Part shown: positions 11,681-24,736 of the stretch, one piece after another | Numbering within the stretch: the first letter of the stretch is position 1 | How the letters are laid out: every line of letters begins with the position of its first letter | Origin: Octopus bimaculoides | Taxonomy: Eukaryota | Direction: 5' to 3' | Assembly: GCF_001194135.2 (NCBI RefSeq) | Contig: NC_068983.1 | Span: 162,885,912 to 162,949,911 of the forward strand | Length of the DNA stretch: 64,000 nucleotides | Translations under genes and position numbers: made by a program | Notes under the pieces: generated by a model | What the model was told of the DNA's origin: nothing | The model's input: the letters and a program-made list of their open reading frames with translations, nothing else | The model's database searches: none

Positions 11681-11745
11681 CTAACTCCGAGTTGTGCAGA
11701 CAATACTGGACAGAATTGGTGCCTCAAATTAAGTGCCCAATTCAA
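11681..11745 (-). CDS. Candidate exon F (65 nt, phase 0 to 2)
   Basis: Acceptor attaatattcag, donor TAG|gtgaat. Encodes LNWALNLRHQFCPVLSAQLGV, the only open frame, and links exon G to exon E in frame. Confidence 0.55.
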
Positions 11746-11803
11746 CTGAATATTAATTATTTCTTATACAGACATGCATACATACAGACATGCATACATA
11801 CAT

Positions 11804-11858
<55 letters not shown>

Positions 11859-11879
11859 CACACACACATATAAGTGGTA

Positions 11880-12175
11880 AAGACCACCTTCGGCCATGAA
11901 TGGTCATAGAATTGCAGCTGGAAAATTCCCCTCCGTGGCATGTCCGGACAAGGTTGTTTATGGAAGTCTAGCAGTCGCACATGCGTACCAGACTCTCCTC
12001 TCCACGCCACCAATGTTATCCAGGGGAAAGACAAAGGCAGATACATCTTGGCATCAGTGACGTCATAACTCAACGTGAAATAGAGTGAAATAGAGTCTTG
12101 CTCAAGAACAAAAGGCAGAGCTCGGTCCGGGAATTGAACTCATTGTGAGCCTGATGCTCTAACTCCTGAGCCATA
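11880..12175 (-). mobile_element. tRNA-derived SINE family C variant
   Basis: Ends in gtccgggaattgaactc...ctctaactcctgagcc, a reverse tRNA-like head. Confidence 0.6.
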
Positions 12176-12184
12176 CGTTATATA

Positions 12185-12345
12185 TATATATATGTGTATG
12201 ACGGGCTTCTCTCAGTTTCCGTCTACCAAATTCAATCACAAAGCTTTAGTCAACTTGAGGCAATAGTAGAAGTCACTTGACCAAGATGCCACGCAATGAG
12301 GCTGAACCCGCAACCAAAGCTTTTACCACACAGCCACGCCTGCGC
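12185..12345 (-). mobile_element. SINE family B
   Basis: acgggcttctctcagtttccgtctaccaaa...cacacagccacgcctgcgcc matches the other family B copies. Confidence 0.85.
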
Positions 12346-12389
12346 CTAGAAGGATGAAATGTGGACGAGAAAGAGAAGGGAAGGATATG

Positions 12390-12595
12390 GCTTCAAATTT
12401 TGGCACAAGGCCTGAAATTTAGTGGAAGGAGACTAGTCGATTACGTCGACTCCAGTATTTCACTGGTACTTAATTTATCGACTCCGAAATGATGAAAGGC
12501 AAAGTCGACCACGGCGCAATTTGAACGTGAGACGGACGAAATGCCACTAAGCATTTTGCCCGGCGAGGTAACGATTCTGTTAGCTCGCCGCCTTA
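12390..12595 (-). mobile_element. SINE family A
   Basis: Reverse complement of the family A head and core. Confidence 0.9.
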
Positions 12596-12721
12596 GACGG
12601 GAAGGCTATTAGAAGAGGAAATAATGGAACTATAACGGTGAGTTTACTTATGTATGTATATAAGTATATACATAAATATACATATATACATACTTATGTA
12701 TGTATATATTTNNNNNNNNNN

Positions 12722-12755
<34 letters not shown>

Positions 12756-14029
12756 TATATATGTGTATCTGTATATAATGATATAATGATAACGTTTGAA
12801 AGATATATTGAAAACGTATGGAGAGACAGAGAGAGACAGAGAGAGAGGGTAGAGAAAGAGACAGTGATAGACCGATCGAATGAGTATAATTACAGAAAGG
12901 ACACAAGATTGATAGTATGAATGATTTTAGACAGAAGAAATTCCAAATTGAAGAAGTAAGGAGCCAAAAGAAAGTATATTTCGACAATATCTCTGCAAGA
13001 GAGACGCACAGACAGAGAGAAGATATTATTTGAAGATTGCATTGGAACAAATCATAAACAGGCTTTTATAGATAAGATAGACAGATGAAACGAAAACAAC
13101 CACACAGTCAAAACAAGAAAATAAATGAAATAAAAATAATATAGTTGCCGACATCTGAAATAAATAAGAGTTTAGGAAAATGCTTCCTTAGAAAAATTAG
13201 AGAAATAATATTAAAACTATACAAAAATAAATAAAAAGCGAAATGGAAAAAAAACTATAAAGCGAAAATGCTAACAATTTAAAGAGAAAGAAGAAAAACA
13301 TGACACTTGTGTTTTGTGAAGTTTGTGTAGGAAAAAAAAATGGCGACAGCAGAGACAAAAAAGATAAAACGAGAATAAATTTAATAAAACAAAAAAGTGA
13401 CATTTTTCTGAAAAAATGTTTTATTGAAATATTTTTTAAACATTTATCACCAATGCTAATGATTCCTTTTTTTCATTTTCCATTTGACATGATCGATCTT
13501 TATTTATGTTTTTTTTTCATATTTTGGATGCTTCAAGACTTTGTTTTATGGCCTTCCTGTCAAATGAAGGCACCCATTCCAAAATTATTCGTTGTAGCGT
13601 GAACCAACGACAATATAGCTGGTTGGACTGGCAGAGTTGTTATAGCGTCAAGCAAAATACTTTGTGGTATTTCATACAGCCCTTTACATCCCACCAAGGT
13701 CGACTTTGCTTTCTGTTTGTCCTGGGACGGTATATAGAACACCTATCGAGAAATAAAGTCGATTGTTCACCAATCCATAACTTGTACCTTTGTTAGAAGT
13801 TATCATCCTGTTTTTAACCATTCCACATTAATTTATGTTGTACCACCAGGTACACCTCTATATACCTGAGATGTGTACAGCATCATTCTTGAATGATGTA
13901 GAAGTGAGTGTCTATATACTTTGTGGAATTTGATTGCTTTTTTCCCTGACTTTACTTTAAAATTTCGTCTGTTTACTTCGTCAAATACGTCTTCTGTAAG
14001 TTGTATTATCATGTCAGCTCGGATGTTTG

Positions 14030-14610
14030 GGTCATGTGTTGGCGTTGCTGTGCATTGCTGTATTCACCATTTGTCGGTGTATTCCTGGGTCCTCCCGGGC
14101 GATCCGTCGACTCAAGTCCCTGTCAGTCTCCATCGCTGTGAGATACATCCTCGTCTGCCATGTGAGATGTGGTCGACCAACATGAGCTGTCAACCCAGCC
14201 GGGTCCTCAGTGAAGAGAACACAGCAAGCAGGGTCTGACTCGGAAAAATCAAGCAACTTAGCAAGAAGTCTGAGCTGGTGCACCCGCATCATGCAAGAAG
14301 ATGCATCCCAGTAGTTTCTGAGTATAACCATTGGTTGGATACGAAATGCGATCAATGGTAATCTATAATCAATGGTAATCTATGGTAATCTATAATCCTG
14401 AGAACTGGTGCAGTTGTAGGCTCATTGGACAAAGATGTTTGGCGCTGCCAAATTTTGTGCAGATGGAAAGAAATCGGGTCTTTAGATCTATGGTTTTTCC
14501 TGTTTCGTTCTGTAGTTGTGAGACATGGACACCGTCCGGGTCACTTTGGAACGCCTGAACATCTTCGGTTCCAGGATATTAGGGCGATTATGACTTTTAT
14601 GTCCTCTGTG
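14030..14610 (-). mobile_element. LINE 3' fragment (RT C-terminal region, clade uncertain)
   Basis: ORF 14032-14355 RVHQLRLLAKL...VGRPHLTW resembles the LINE RT C-terminal RQLR...GRP..TW pattern. Confidence 0.6.
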
Positions 14611-14736
14611 AGTTGAGTTACTTTTTGTGGTGGTTAGGATGATGATGGTGCTGGTGGAGATCGGTGATTATATTCTTATGTATTATATGTGTGTTGTGTT
14701 ATTTAGTTTTAGTAGTCCGCTAGGAATAGTGTAGAG

Positions 14737-15001
14737 CAGAGGTTCTCAATAGGAGTCCTCAATGACCCTTGGGAGGTCATTCAAAATTTTGTTTTTAAAA
14801 TTTATCCGCAATAAATGGTTTATGCTTCTACAATACAAAAAATACTTAAATATTTAAAAAAAATTAAAATCTTAATAATATTTCATTATAAAAATACAAA
14901 AGGAGTTTTTAGACATTAGATGACTATGAGGATCCCATCCCTATGAGTAAAATAGGAAACAAAAGGGCCCATGGGGAAAAAAAAATGGTTGAGAAGCACT
15001 G
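14737..15001. mobile_element. hAT (Buster/Charlie-type) MITE with 8-bp TSD
   Basis: TIRs cagaggttctcaa and ttgagaagcactg. TSD gtgtagag (14729-14736) and atgtagag (15002-15009). Confidence 0.85.
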
Positions 15002-15149
15002 ATGTAGAGTATGGCAGAGCATAGCTTGTGTTTATTAACGGCATCAATTAACTAAAATACTGTCTTCACATTATTGAGCAGTCATTGTATAGAATATGTG
15101 TTGTGTGGACGATGTTATACTATCACTGTCACATAATGGTTGTTATACT

Positions 15150-15350
15150 GATTTCAAATTTTGGCACAAAACCAGCAATTTTTGGGGAGGGAGTAGGTCG
15201 ATTACATCACCCCCACTGCTCAACTGGTACTTATTTTATCGACCTCGAAATGATGAAAAGCCAAGCTAACCTGTGCGGAATTTGAACTCAGAACGCAAAG
15301 ACGGACGAAATACCGCTAAGCATTGCTAACGATTCTGCTTGCTCGCTGCC
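15150..15350 (-). mobile_element. SINE family A
   Basis: Reverse family A core and head. Confidence 0.9.
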
Positions 15351-17009
15351 TTGTTAACTGACTGGTATATTTCTGTGACATTGCTGTCTGTTGTGTTATT
15401 GTTACATTATTGGTTGTTATGTTGTTTGATGTTGTCTGTGTTTGGTACGAGTTGTGTAAGTTATTGGTGATATATCAAATGTTATGCTATCAATTATCGA
15501 TTTTATAAAAGTCTATGTTTGTATTATTCTACTGAGTGATGGCGACGACGACGACCACTTTATAGACTAAGAGTTGTGTATTTTGTTATGTCATCTGGGT
15601 AGTGATTCTACGCTGTATCTTTCTTGTGACCTGAGATTTTTCGCATAATGATGGTTGTAGAGAATTTACATGCAGAAAATCTGTTGTGTTAGTTGTGAAG
15701 CTAAGCACCAGAAAATCCATTCTGGGCGGCAGCAGCAGCAGCTTCTTGCTTCATCAATTGTACGGTTAAAGCGGCTGAGGTCCGGACCCGCAAGTTGGTG
15801 GGATCTGGGACATGGTTACGAGTCAGGGGATTAGGATCTTCTGTACAAAAGGGCTGAAAAAGAGACGTTTCTGAAAGTTTGAGTAGAGTTGGGGAGCATA
15901 GGCATCGCCTTTGTAACGTGTTATTATAGTTTGACTGTTGTACTTGTCGCCTGACCGCATATTGACCGCAGGTGGGAGTATATTATCTTCCATGTGAAAG
16001 GATCGGGCACACGCTCTGGTCAGTAGATTCATCTATTGGCCGTACACTATGCATGGATTTCTGGAAAGCGGTATGGTTTGGTTGCCGTTTGTAAAAGATG
16101 CACGTCTATAGCAAGTCTCTGCTGTATTTGCAAATCCAGGTCAAACGTCGACCAATATTCTAGGTTTTGAATTTGGAATATTGTTCTCTAAATAACCGGA
16201 ACAGTGGAACGTCAAGACTTTTGTGCTCCTGAAGTTTCGAGAAGATTTTACGGTGAGATAACTTTACTAAACACCCCTCGAATTGCATGTCGTACAAATT
16301 GGAAGGACATAATGCAAAATGATGGACGAGGAAGTCACATCTGAATCTCCTTCAATCATCATTGATTCGATAAAGACCGATCTTTGGTTATACGACAATA
16401 AAAACAAAGCATGGAAATAGGCCCACAAAAGAGATCTATGTTGACGTTCGATCTGCTAGAAATAGTAACCAAATTATTTTCTAATCATGATATGCAATCT
16501 TTGGCCAAATATCCATTGAATGATGTAGTCCAGAGGTAAAACATTCAGGATGCTCATAGTTCTTGCTGTTTCAATGTAAGAAAAGCACTGATTAAAAGAG
16601 TTGCGTTGATTAGTTGTCAAATTCACTCTAGTGGAAGAAACACGTGTTCTTATGACACTGAAACATCAGTTTGAAGAAAAAAAGGAGGTCTCTGAATAGT
16701 AAACAACGTTTCCACTTTTTGTTAGTATTTTCACCTCTTTAGATGGACTTGCAATCACGGATTCAAGGGTTGACAAAAGTTGGGTATATGGCAACAGTTT
16801 CCTGAGCAATGTGGCCGGTGGAAGTCTTTTTCCAGGAGACGTTTAAGTCAGTGATTATAGGCAATATGTATAGTTTTACGTTTGGAGTTCGAAATCCATA
16901 AGAATCGAATGGAGCCAATAAAAAGAGTAGGATCTAATGATTTGTGAAATATTCCTGCTGAAAAATCTTTGGAACTTTGGTGAGAGTTAAGTAGCATAGT
17001 GTTTAATAA

Positions 17010-17232
17010 TGGTTTCAAATTTTGGCACAAGGTCAGAGATTTCGGGGAAATGGCAGGGTGGAGTCAAATCGATTACACTGATCCCAGTGCTCAACTGGTA
17101 CTTATTTTACCGACCCCGAAAGGATCAAAAGCAAAGTCGACCTTGGCGGAATTTGAACTCAGAACGTAAAGGCGGACGAAATGACGCTAATCATTTTGTC
17201 CGGCCTGCTAACGATTCTGCCAGTTCGCCATC
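17010..17232 (-). mobile_element. SINE family A
   Basis: Reverse family A, full length. Confidence 0.9.
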
Positions 17233-17454
17233 TTAACACAGTTGTTATGAGGATAAATGATATTCCAGTTGTGTTACTCTGTTGGAAGTTAACAGGAAAT
17301 GTCCTGGTTTTAGAGATTATGGATCGAAACAGTCGAGAAGAGTTCATCAGAACGGAGAACTGTGTGGGCAGTTTTGTGTGTAATGAGAGTTAAGTAAGAG
17401 AGGGAGAGAGAGAAAGAGCGATGGAGAGGGATAGATATATAGATAGATAGATAC

Positions 17455-17485
<31 letters not shown>

Positions 17486-18167
17486 GAGATTAATGTCATT
17501 GTACTTGTATTGAGAATAAAAAGTATTGGAATATATTTGATATCAGTTTCATAGGCAGCAGAGTAGGTTAGAAAGCTGCGAAGAGAGATTGTTAAAAGTG
17601 GGTTACTGCAACGATTAAAATTTGTTGAATAATTAAGTGAATAGTTTCATAATTAGGCCTCGAAATTTTACATTATAAATGCAGTATGAATGACAGATCA
17701 ATAAAGAGATTGTTAGCTAGACCAGAAGCTAGTTTTCGGATTCTAATCGAATTGATAATCTGTCCACAACAATAAGAATTTATTTCTTTGTCAAGAGACC
17801 TCTTATGGGAATAGTTGAATATCTGAATAGCGAACATAATTTATGGCATTTTCAACTGATAAACACAAGGCACTGCTGAATATTATAGAGTTGGTACATG
17901 ACATGCAACATCATATTAGTCACGACATAAGTAAGTAGACACATCAACAACATTCTATAGGGTCAACATATTGGTGTAGAATAACATGGCGTGAAGGAAA
18001 TATTTTTGAATGAGGCGAGCAATAATAGAACTGGCATAGCAAGCATGAAGTCAGTTCTAGCTTCACACAGCATGAATAGTAGAATATAAGAGTAAAACGG
18101 TCAGCATTGGAACAACAGATCGAAATGGCAATAAAAGAAACAAGAAATGGGTTCGATTATGATATCG

Positions 18168-18340
18168 ATTTCAAATTTTGGACATGGGCAACAATTTCAG
18201 GAAAAAGGCAACAATTTCATCGACACCAGTGTGCAGCTGGTATTTATTCTATCGGTCCCGAAAAGGATAAAAATGTTAAGTCGAACTCGGCGTAATTTGA
18301 ACTCAGAACCTAAAGAAAAACTACTGTTAAGCATTCTTCC
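18168..18340 (-). mobile_element. SINE family A, decayed
   Basis: Reverse family A core. Confidence 0.75.
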
Positions 18341-18448
18341 ACCTCAGATTCAATTATGATATCATGAGTTGAATGTAATCGATTAAATTTAAACTTAAAT
18401 CGGAATATCGAATTGAACTCAAATACCATAATTGTTTAGAGATAAAAA

Positions 18449-18690
18449 GGTGGCGAGCCGGCAGAATCGTTAGCACGCTGGACGAAATGCTTAGCGGTAT
18501 TTCGATCGTCGCTACGTTCTGAATTCTGTCGAGGTCGACTTTGCATTTAATCCTTTCGGGATCGATAAATTAAGTACCAGTTGCGTACTGGGTTCAATCT
18601 AATCAACTGGCCCTTTCAGCGGAATTTGAACTCAGAACATAGCGCTAAGCATTTCGCCCGGCGTAGTAACGATTCTGCCAGCTCGCCGCT
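18449..18690. mobile_element. Inverted pair of family A SINEs (+ copy 18449-18612, - head 18618-18690)
   Basis: ggcgagccggcagaatcgttagcacg at the left end and aacgattctgccagctcgcc at the right end. Confidence 0.8.
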
Positions 18691-18759
18691 TTGTAATACG
18701 TTATAATACGGAGCTACATACCTACACGCGTACTTGCATATACATACCATACATACAAA

Positions 18760-19010
18760 CTATATCAGGGTATTGACCAGACTTTCGGATGTTGTTATAC
18801 ATCGTTAGTCACAACGTATAGCTTTTGAATGACGCCATCCTAGTAGTTAGGCGATTGATTGCTGTTCTATCACAGGGTTACAGCTGAGGGGATGAGGTCC
18901 ATGTGAAATAAAATGTTTCGCTCAAGATCACAACGTGCTGCCCGGTCCGGAGATTGAACCCATGATCATGCGATCGTGAGTGCAATAGCCTAATCACTAA
19001 GCCACGCGCC
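18760..19010 (-). mobile_element. tRNA-derived SINE family C
   Basis: Reverse head gaaggcgcgtggcttagtgattagg...ggttcaatctccggacc. Confidence 0.75.
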
Positions 19011-19062
19011 TTCATATGTATTATATATGTGGCTGCAGTTAAATGACTTAAACAAATAAAAG

Positions 19063-19165
<103 letters not shown>

Positions 19166-19209
19166 AACACTGATGTTTGTTTTTATGTTCCATTATAATC
19201 CTTTCTATT

Positions 19210-19395
19210 ATAGGTGCAAGGCCTGATATCTTGGGGGAAGGGACTCCAATATTTAAGTGGTACTTATTTTATCGATCTCGAAAGGATAAAAGACAAAGTC
19301 GACCTCCACGAAATATGAACTCAGAATGTAATGCCGGACGAAATGCCGCTAAGCATTTCGCCCGGCGTGCTAATGATTCTGTACCTCACCGCCTT
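19210..19395 (-). mobile_element. SINE family A
   Basis: Reverse family A. Confidence 0.85.
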
Positions 19396-19559
19396 ATGTT
19401 CAGTTATAATAAAACCAGTTTTACTTTAATCCGATGGGTTATTCTATGCTTTTGGAGAGAACAAATTTATTATTCTGGTGTATGAATAATATGAAAAGTC
19501 TCCTAACACAAGCCCGAATAATGTTTGCTTCTCAAACCCTTTTTCATGGGGCCGAAGAG

Positions 19560-19818
19560 GTGATAGTCCAGTGACGAAGAAATGAAAACTGTAGTGAAGA
19601 AGTGGCTCAAAGAACAGTCAACAGAATTTTACGGGGCAGGGATACATGCTCTCATTCGAAGGTGCAACATTACTATTGAGTGAAACGGTGACTACGTTGA
19701 GAAGTAGGGATGTGATCCACAGAGGTCCAGCTTCATTTGCATGTATGATACATGTTCCTGTGTTGGTAATTATACCTGTCCTAAACAAAATGGCATTACT
19801 TTTTGATTCACCCTCGTA
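19560..19818 (+). mobile_element. mariner 3' end: transposase C-terminus plus right TIR
   Basis: DEEMKTVVKKWLKEQSTEFYGAGIHALIRRCN...GDYVEK*, followed by a TIR whose reverse complement is tacgagggtgaatcaaaaagtaa. Confidence 0.85.
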
Positions 19819-19904
19819 CAACATCTATGATTGTTCTAGACATTTAATGTATTCATTATAATCAAGAATGGAGATTCAGTTTAGTTAAACGAAACATTGG
19901 TTTT

Positions 19905-20110
19905 TACATTCTGGCGCAAGACCAGCAATCTTGGGATAAGGGATCAGCCATTTACGTCGAACCCAGTGTTCAAGTGGTGCTTATTTTATCGACCCCGGAA
20001 GGATGAAAAGCAACGTTTACCCCAACGGAATTTTGAACTCAGAACGTTAAGACGGACGAAATGCCACTAAGCATTTTGTTCGGCGTGCTAACGATTTTGC
20101 CAGCTCACTG
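19905..20110 (-). mobile_element. SINE family A
   Basis: Reverse family A. Confidence 0.9.
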
Positions 20111-21104
20111 CTTTTGTTAAACGAAATATTCAAATACTTTTTTCTGTTCCATTAGAGCTTAATCAATTCAAAATTTTATACGAAATATTGTGATATATAA
20201 ATAATTAAGCGGAGAAACTAAAAACAGGAATTAAAGAGAAGAATGAAATATTTAAAGACATATGTGGAGATAAGACAATCATGAAAAATAGATAAGAAAA
20301 CAGTGAAAGCATAAAGAGAAAAAAAAAACTATTAACGTTAAGAGCGTTAATTAATAAACTTTATCTCTGTTTTTCACCATACTTCATTGACAAGTGTTAT
20401 TTAAGTAATCTCAATTGTTTGGGTCAGTTAGCAATTGCTGTTATCTTTGCGAGAGAGTACCCGGAATATATTTGGTTATCAGACATTGTTGTCTTGAAAT
20501 CACAACAAATGAAATCAATGGATCGAAGAACCATTGGCTCAAAAGACAAATTGTTGATTGTGTTAAGATTAGCTTTTATCGAATGTCAGGAATAATAAAA
20601 GTTTTTCGCAAGTTCTTTAGATATGCTGACAACAACAAATTCTAAGTTGTTTTAGCGGTTCGGTGCATAAACGTAGTTGGCCCGGTGATATGAAAACGGA
20701 AAGCTAGATGAAAGATCGATCGATCGTATTTTGTCTCTTGTCGTGCTTTGTATCAGTGATCGAATCACCAGAATATTAATATTCAAACCTTCATGATCTA
20801 GTAGATCTAAGGTACTGCACGCTCGATCGGCAGATCGTAGGTTCGATTCCCAGATCGGACAGATTTTTCTGTTCTTCAGCAAATCACTTCACTTCACGTT
20901 GCTATAGTACTTTGTGGGGATTGACATAGCAAAGAATAAACCCAATGTCTCCCCTGCTTGTCTTAAAAGGTTGGAGTAGGATTTGCACGCCAACCTCTTA
21001 AAATCCTCGCCAGCAAAGACTATTCACACAGACCCATGGAATGGAGGGATTTTAGCCTGAATGGTATAAAAGTGTTATCTGCCAGGAATAGCAGGGAATC
21101 ATAC

Positions 21105-21105
21105 G

Positions 21106-21188
<83 letters not shown>

Positions 21189-21190
21189 AG
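21105..21190. repeat. Compound (TAC)n(TGC)n microsatellite; similar array at 50812-50895
   Basis: Directly visible. Confidence 0.95.
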
Positions 21191-21966
21191 TACTGTAAAT
21201 ATCATCCAGAATGGTAAACAATTTCTGCAAAATTGGTAAACGTGCCTTCAAATTGCAGGGTAGAGTTCCCTGGTAACAGATTGACGAAATATGATTCTGG
21301 AGACTTTGGTGACGTCCTTCAAAGGAATCATGAGAGTCTCAACAATGACTAATGACTTGGAACAAAGGTAAAAGTAATACACGCCAAGTGTTGTCATTAA
21401 CAACAGGTAGGGCAATCAACAGCAGGTAAGGTTATTAGCAACTGGTAGTTTTATGAAATTAAGCATAGGCTTCATCATTGTTATCTACGATCCATCAGGA
21501 CTTGTTATTACATACAACACCATTCTGAAATGGTATACTCCCGCTGAATAAAGTCCACCAAACGTTTTCAAATCACAGACAAACAATTTAGTTTACAAAA
21601 GTTGCGATATTCATTTATGAGACACTGGTTTAGTCGATTCGGTTGGCCTCACATATTACAAGCATTTTTTCTCGATCTCCGTCAAAACAACGGCAAAGTC
21701 TGTCCTATCTATTCTTCTATTTTGTCCTGCCGGTATTATGGTATCCATAGTGAAGTCACTTAAATCTTAATCTATGCTACTCTAACAATTTTAATGATAC
21801 TCCGATAAGATAGATCTCATATGTGTGCTGTCGATATGAACTATAGTTTTCAGTTTAACAATAGCTTTGGTGTTAACTTTTAATAGTTGTTAAATGTAAA
21901 AGGTACCCCTAATTTTGATTTTACTAATTAACACGCTAACTGCCACGGCCTGTTACTGGTACTTAC

Positions 21967-22000
21967 AGGTGACGCTACGTATTTTTGATCACACTGCATA
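21967..22000 (-). CDS. Candidate exon G (34 nt, phase 2 to 0)
   Basis: Donor CCT|gtaagt, acceptor taattaaacag. Encodes MQCDQKYVASP, the only open frame, and is phase-compatible with exon F. Confidence 0.5.
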
Positions 22001-22153
22001 CTGTTTAATTACAAGGAAATATAATTTCTTTTTTTCGCATTTTTACAACTTTCATAATTAAACCTGAATATTTAGCAGTCATGTTATTTAAACAACCTCG
22101 AAAGCACGTCAAAGATACAGAATAAAGCATTTCCCCAAATAATGAAAATATAC

Positions 22154-22191
22154 CACCGGTGGTGCATATGCGTGAAGTTCGTGATGAACCA
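22154..22191 (-). CDS. Weak candidate exon (38 nt)
   Basis: Acceptor gtaccgacag, donor GTG|gtatat. Phase 0 to 2 reading WFITNFTHMHHR would join exon G, but all three frames are open. Confidence 0.25.
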
Positions 22192-23056
22192 CTGTCGGTA
22201 CACGTAGAGGTTAATTTTAAAAGAATGGGATTGTATTCAAGGGAATTCATTCAACCATATTGCATATTTTCTTAAGGTTTAGCGACAATAATAGGGTTTT
22301 GATTTATAACGTAGGTGCACTAAACAAAACACTAAAGGTTGAATATTCGATCTCGTCTGCTAAATCACTGCTCTGCTCTCAGCACGGTTATCCAAGATGA
22401 TATAAAAAATATCAGTAATCTTTAAAATGTATAGAGGCTAGTTTGACAAACTACATTATGGCGGTCTTATACATATCTATAAGTTATGAGCTCGAATATC
22501 ACCGGCGTCAAATTTGCTTCTCATCTTTCAGCGAATGATAATACAAACAATAATCTGGTGAAGAGGTTTATCTAATCGAATTTGCTCTCCTCTGAAATTA
22601 GTGGTCACATGACTACCATATTACACAGTAATGTGAATATAAATATGTGTGATTGAGCAGTGTTGAGTCAAAATGTCAATGCTGGATTAAAAGATAAAAA
22701 TGCTTTCTGACTTCAATTCATGAAATACATCTTGTTAGTCATTCTTTTGAAGTGATACGGCAAGTTTGTAACTTTGCTCTAGAGTTAGAAATGGTTAAAG
22801 AATAAATTATATAATAACAGCTTTCTACTCTATTACTTGATGTTAAATACATTCTGTTGGGACTTGTATTTCCATTAGAAAGCATTAATGGTCACACGCC
22901 ATGATCACTCTGTCTGTGTGGTTATATTTCAGAGTATAGAGTATCAGTTATTAACCAAAACCTTTTCTTGTGTATATTTAGACCATTTCTTATCTGTCAG
23001 TATTTCATTATTCTGGCCATAGCATCGAGTGTATGAAAATCCCAACCCTGTCATAC

Positions 23057-23151
23057 CTGCCGACGATACAGTTAAATCATCCTTCTCTTTTCTACACAAA
23101 CTGCATTTAATGGGGACTGCTCTTAGAGTTTCTGGTAGGAAGGCTTTGATC
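23057..23151 (-). CDS. Candidate exon H (95 nt, phase 2 to 1)
   Basis: Acceptor cattgtaccacag, donor CAG|gtatga. Encodes IKAFLPETLRAVPIKCSLCRKEKDDLTVSSA, the only open frame. The in-frame link to exon G is not resolved. Confidence 0.5.
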
Positions 23152-23229
23152 CTGTGGTACAATGGCGATTCCTTTAGTCTCAGGTTTCAATGTCATCCTT
23201 CTCAGCCAGTGCTGCGGTTATTATATACA

Positions 23230-23397
23230 TGTTATTGCCTCCTTGGTCAACTTTTTTCAGCTTGTTTCCCAACCACATGGTTCCGGATTCAGTCCTACTG
23301 CATGGCTCTTTAGGCAAGTGTTTTCTACTATAGCGTTAGGCCAACCAAGGCCGTGTGAGTGGATTTGATAGACGGAAACTGAAAGAAGCCCTTCCTA

Positions 23398-23459
<62 letters not shown>

Positions 23460-23700
23460 TATGTGTACACATGCATACATGTGTATGTCTTTGTGTCTCT
23501 GTTCCCTACCACCACTTGACATCCGATGTTGGTATGCTTATGTCCCCTTAACCGAGCGTTTCGGTAAAAGACACCGGTAGAATAAGTACCAGATTTAAAA
23601 ATTTAAGTGCTGGATGCGATTCATTCAACTAAAAATTCTTGAAAACTGTGCTCCAGTATGGCCGTAGTCTAATGGATGATACTAGTATAAGATAAACGAT
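23230..23700 (+). mobile_element. SINE family B with internal (TA)n and 3' module
   Basis: caaccacatggttccggattcagtcc...ggcaagtgttttctactatagc...gacggaaactgaaagaagccc. Confidence 0.85.
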
Positions 23701-24225
23701 TTAAAAAATAGAAGAAAAAGTACGGAGAGGGAGGTAATCTTCTTGGATAATAATTCTTCTAATGGAGATATATTTCCCTGTTTTGTCTTCATTTGTAATA
23801 TTGTTTCCATTTATTCCTCGCATGTTTAACATATCTGCTTATTATGGCTGCTATTTTAGTCATGGTAAATATTTCCAGGAACCACATATACAGACATTTT
23901 TGAAAACCTTGGATTTTCTGCGCTTTATCCTCAGGCCTTTCTTTATCTTTCTACAGTCTTCGTTGATTAATAATTAATCTTTATACTGTTATGAACCTTT
24001 TAACATCGCTTCTACTCCTCTGGTAACGAGCTGTTGCTTTCTAGATTCTTAATTACTTTCTGCGATATGATTGCAATTAAGCCTGAAACACTGTAGGGCG
24101 GCAGCTCAAGGATCTGTAATTGTTATGGCTTGCTGTGTTTTTCTAATTTTTGTACTCTAAGATAGCTTTTGCCTGAGTCAGAGTTTTTCTTTCGGGTTCA
24201 TTAAAATCACAGCATTTAAACTTAC

Positions 24226-24276
24226 CCTTATATTTGCAACGAAATATAACACAGAGAGTAACTTTAATACGAACGT
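24226..24276 (-). CDS. Candidate exon I (51 nt)
   Basis: Strong sites: ggttctatttcag and AGG|gtaagt. Phase 0 reads TFVLKLLSVLYFVANIR and phase 1 is also open. It does not join exon H directly in frame. Confidence 0.35.
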
Positions 24277-24458
24277 CTGAAATAGAACCACTTGTTAGGT
24301 TTGTTATGTTCCTCTTTGACATAGAAGAAGAAAGTCTGAATTCCTTCCAATAAGAATTTCTTTCTAAATTGGTCGATTGTTTTGTAGTTTTGTATCTTAA
24401 TTCTCATCCATGACCTCAATTCATAATAATGATGATGATGATGATGATGATGATGATT

Positions 24459-24726
24459 ATGATGTCATAGGTGCCCTTGGAATAATAGCAAAATGGGCTG
24501 ATTCCTACCTAGCTCAGATACCAAGAAACCCCAAAATGACAGAAATTCAAAAGATAGTGCTCATGGGAACTGCCCATATTCTACTGTCTATGTAATCTCA
24601 AATTTTAAAACAAACACATAATTTTCTGATGGTTTCTTAAACATTCTCTAGAACAATATTATGTGCAAAACCAAATATATGACATCTTAGGCATAACACC
24701 AACATGAACTTCTAACTTGTCTCTTG
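24459..24726 (+). mobile_element. RLE-type (R4/Dong-like) LINE 3' end fragment
   Basis: VIGALGIIAK...EIQKIVLMGTAHIL, preceded by an (AAT/GAT)n tract. Confidence 0.75.
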
Positions 24727-24736
24727 NNNNNNNNNN

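Noticed and set aside
15600-16900. 5' UTR and endonuclease of an RTE-like LINE
   Set aside because: Only a WNVKT-like motif is recognisable; too decayed to support a call.
20795-20860. tRNA gene (B-box ggttcgattcc)
   Set aside because: No complete cloverleaf; it is more likely a SINE head. No rRNA, true tRNA or CRISPR array was seen anywhere in the window.
21540-21575. 32-nt candidate exon (-)
   Set aside because: All frames are open, and G joins F in frame without it.
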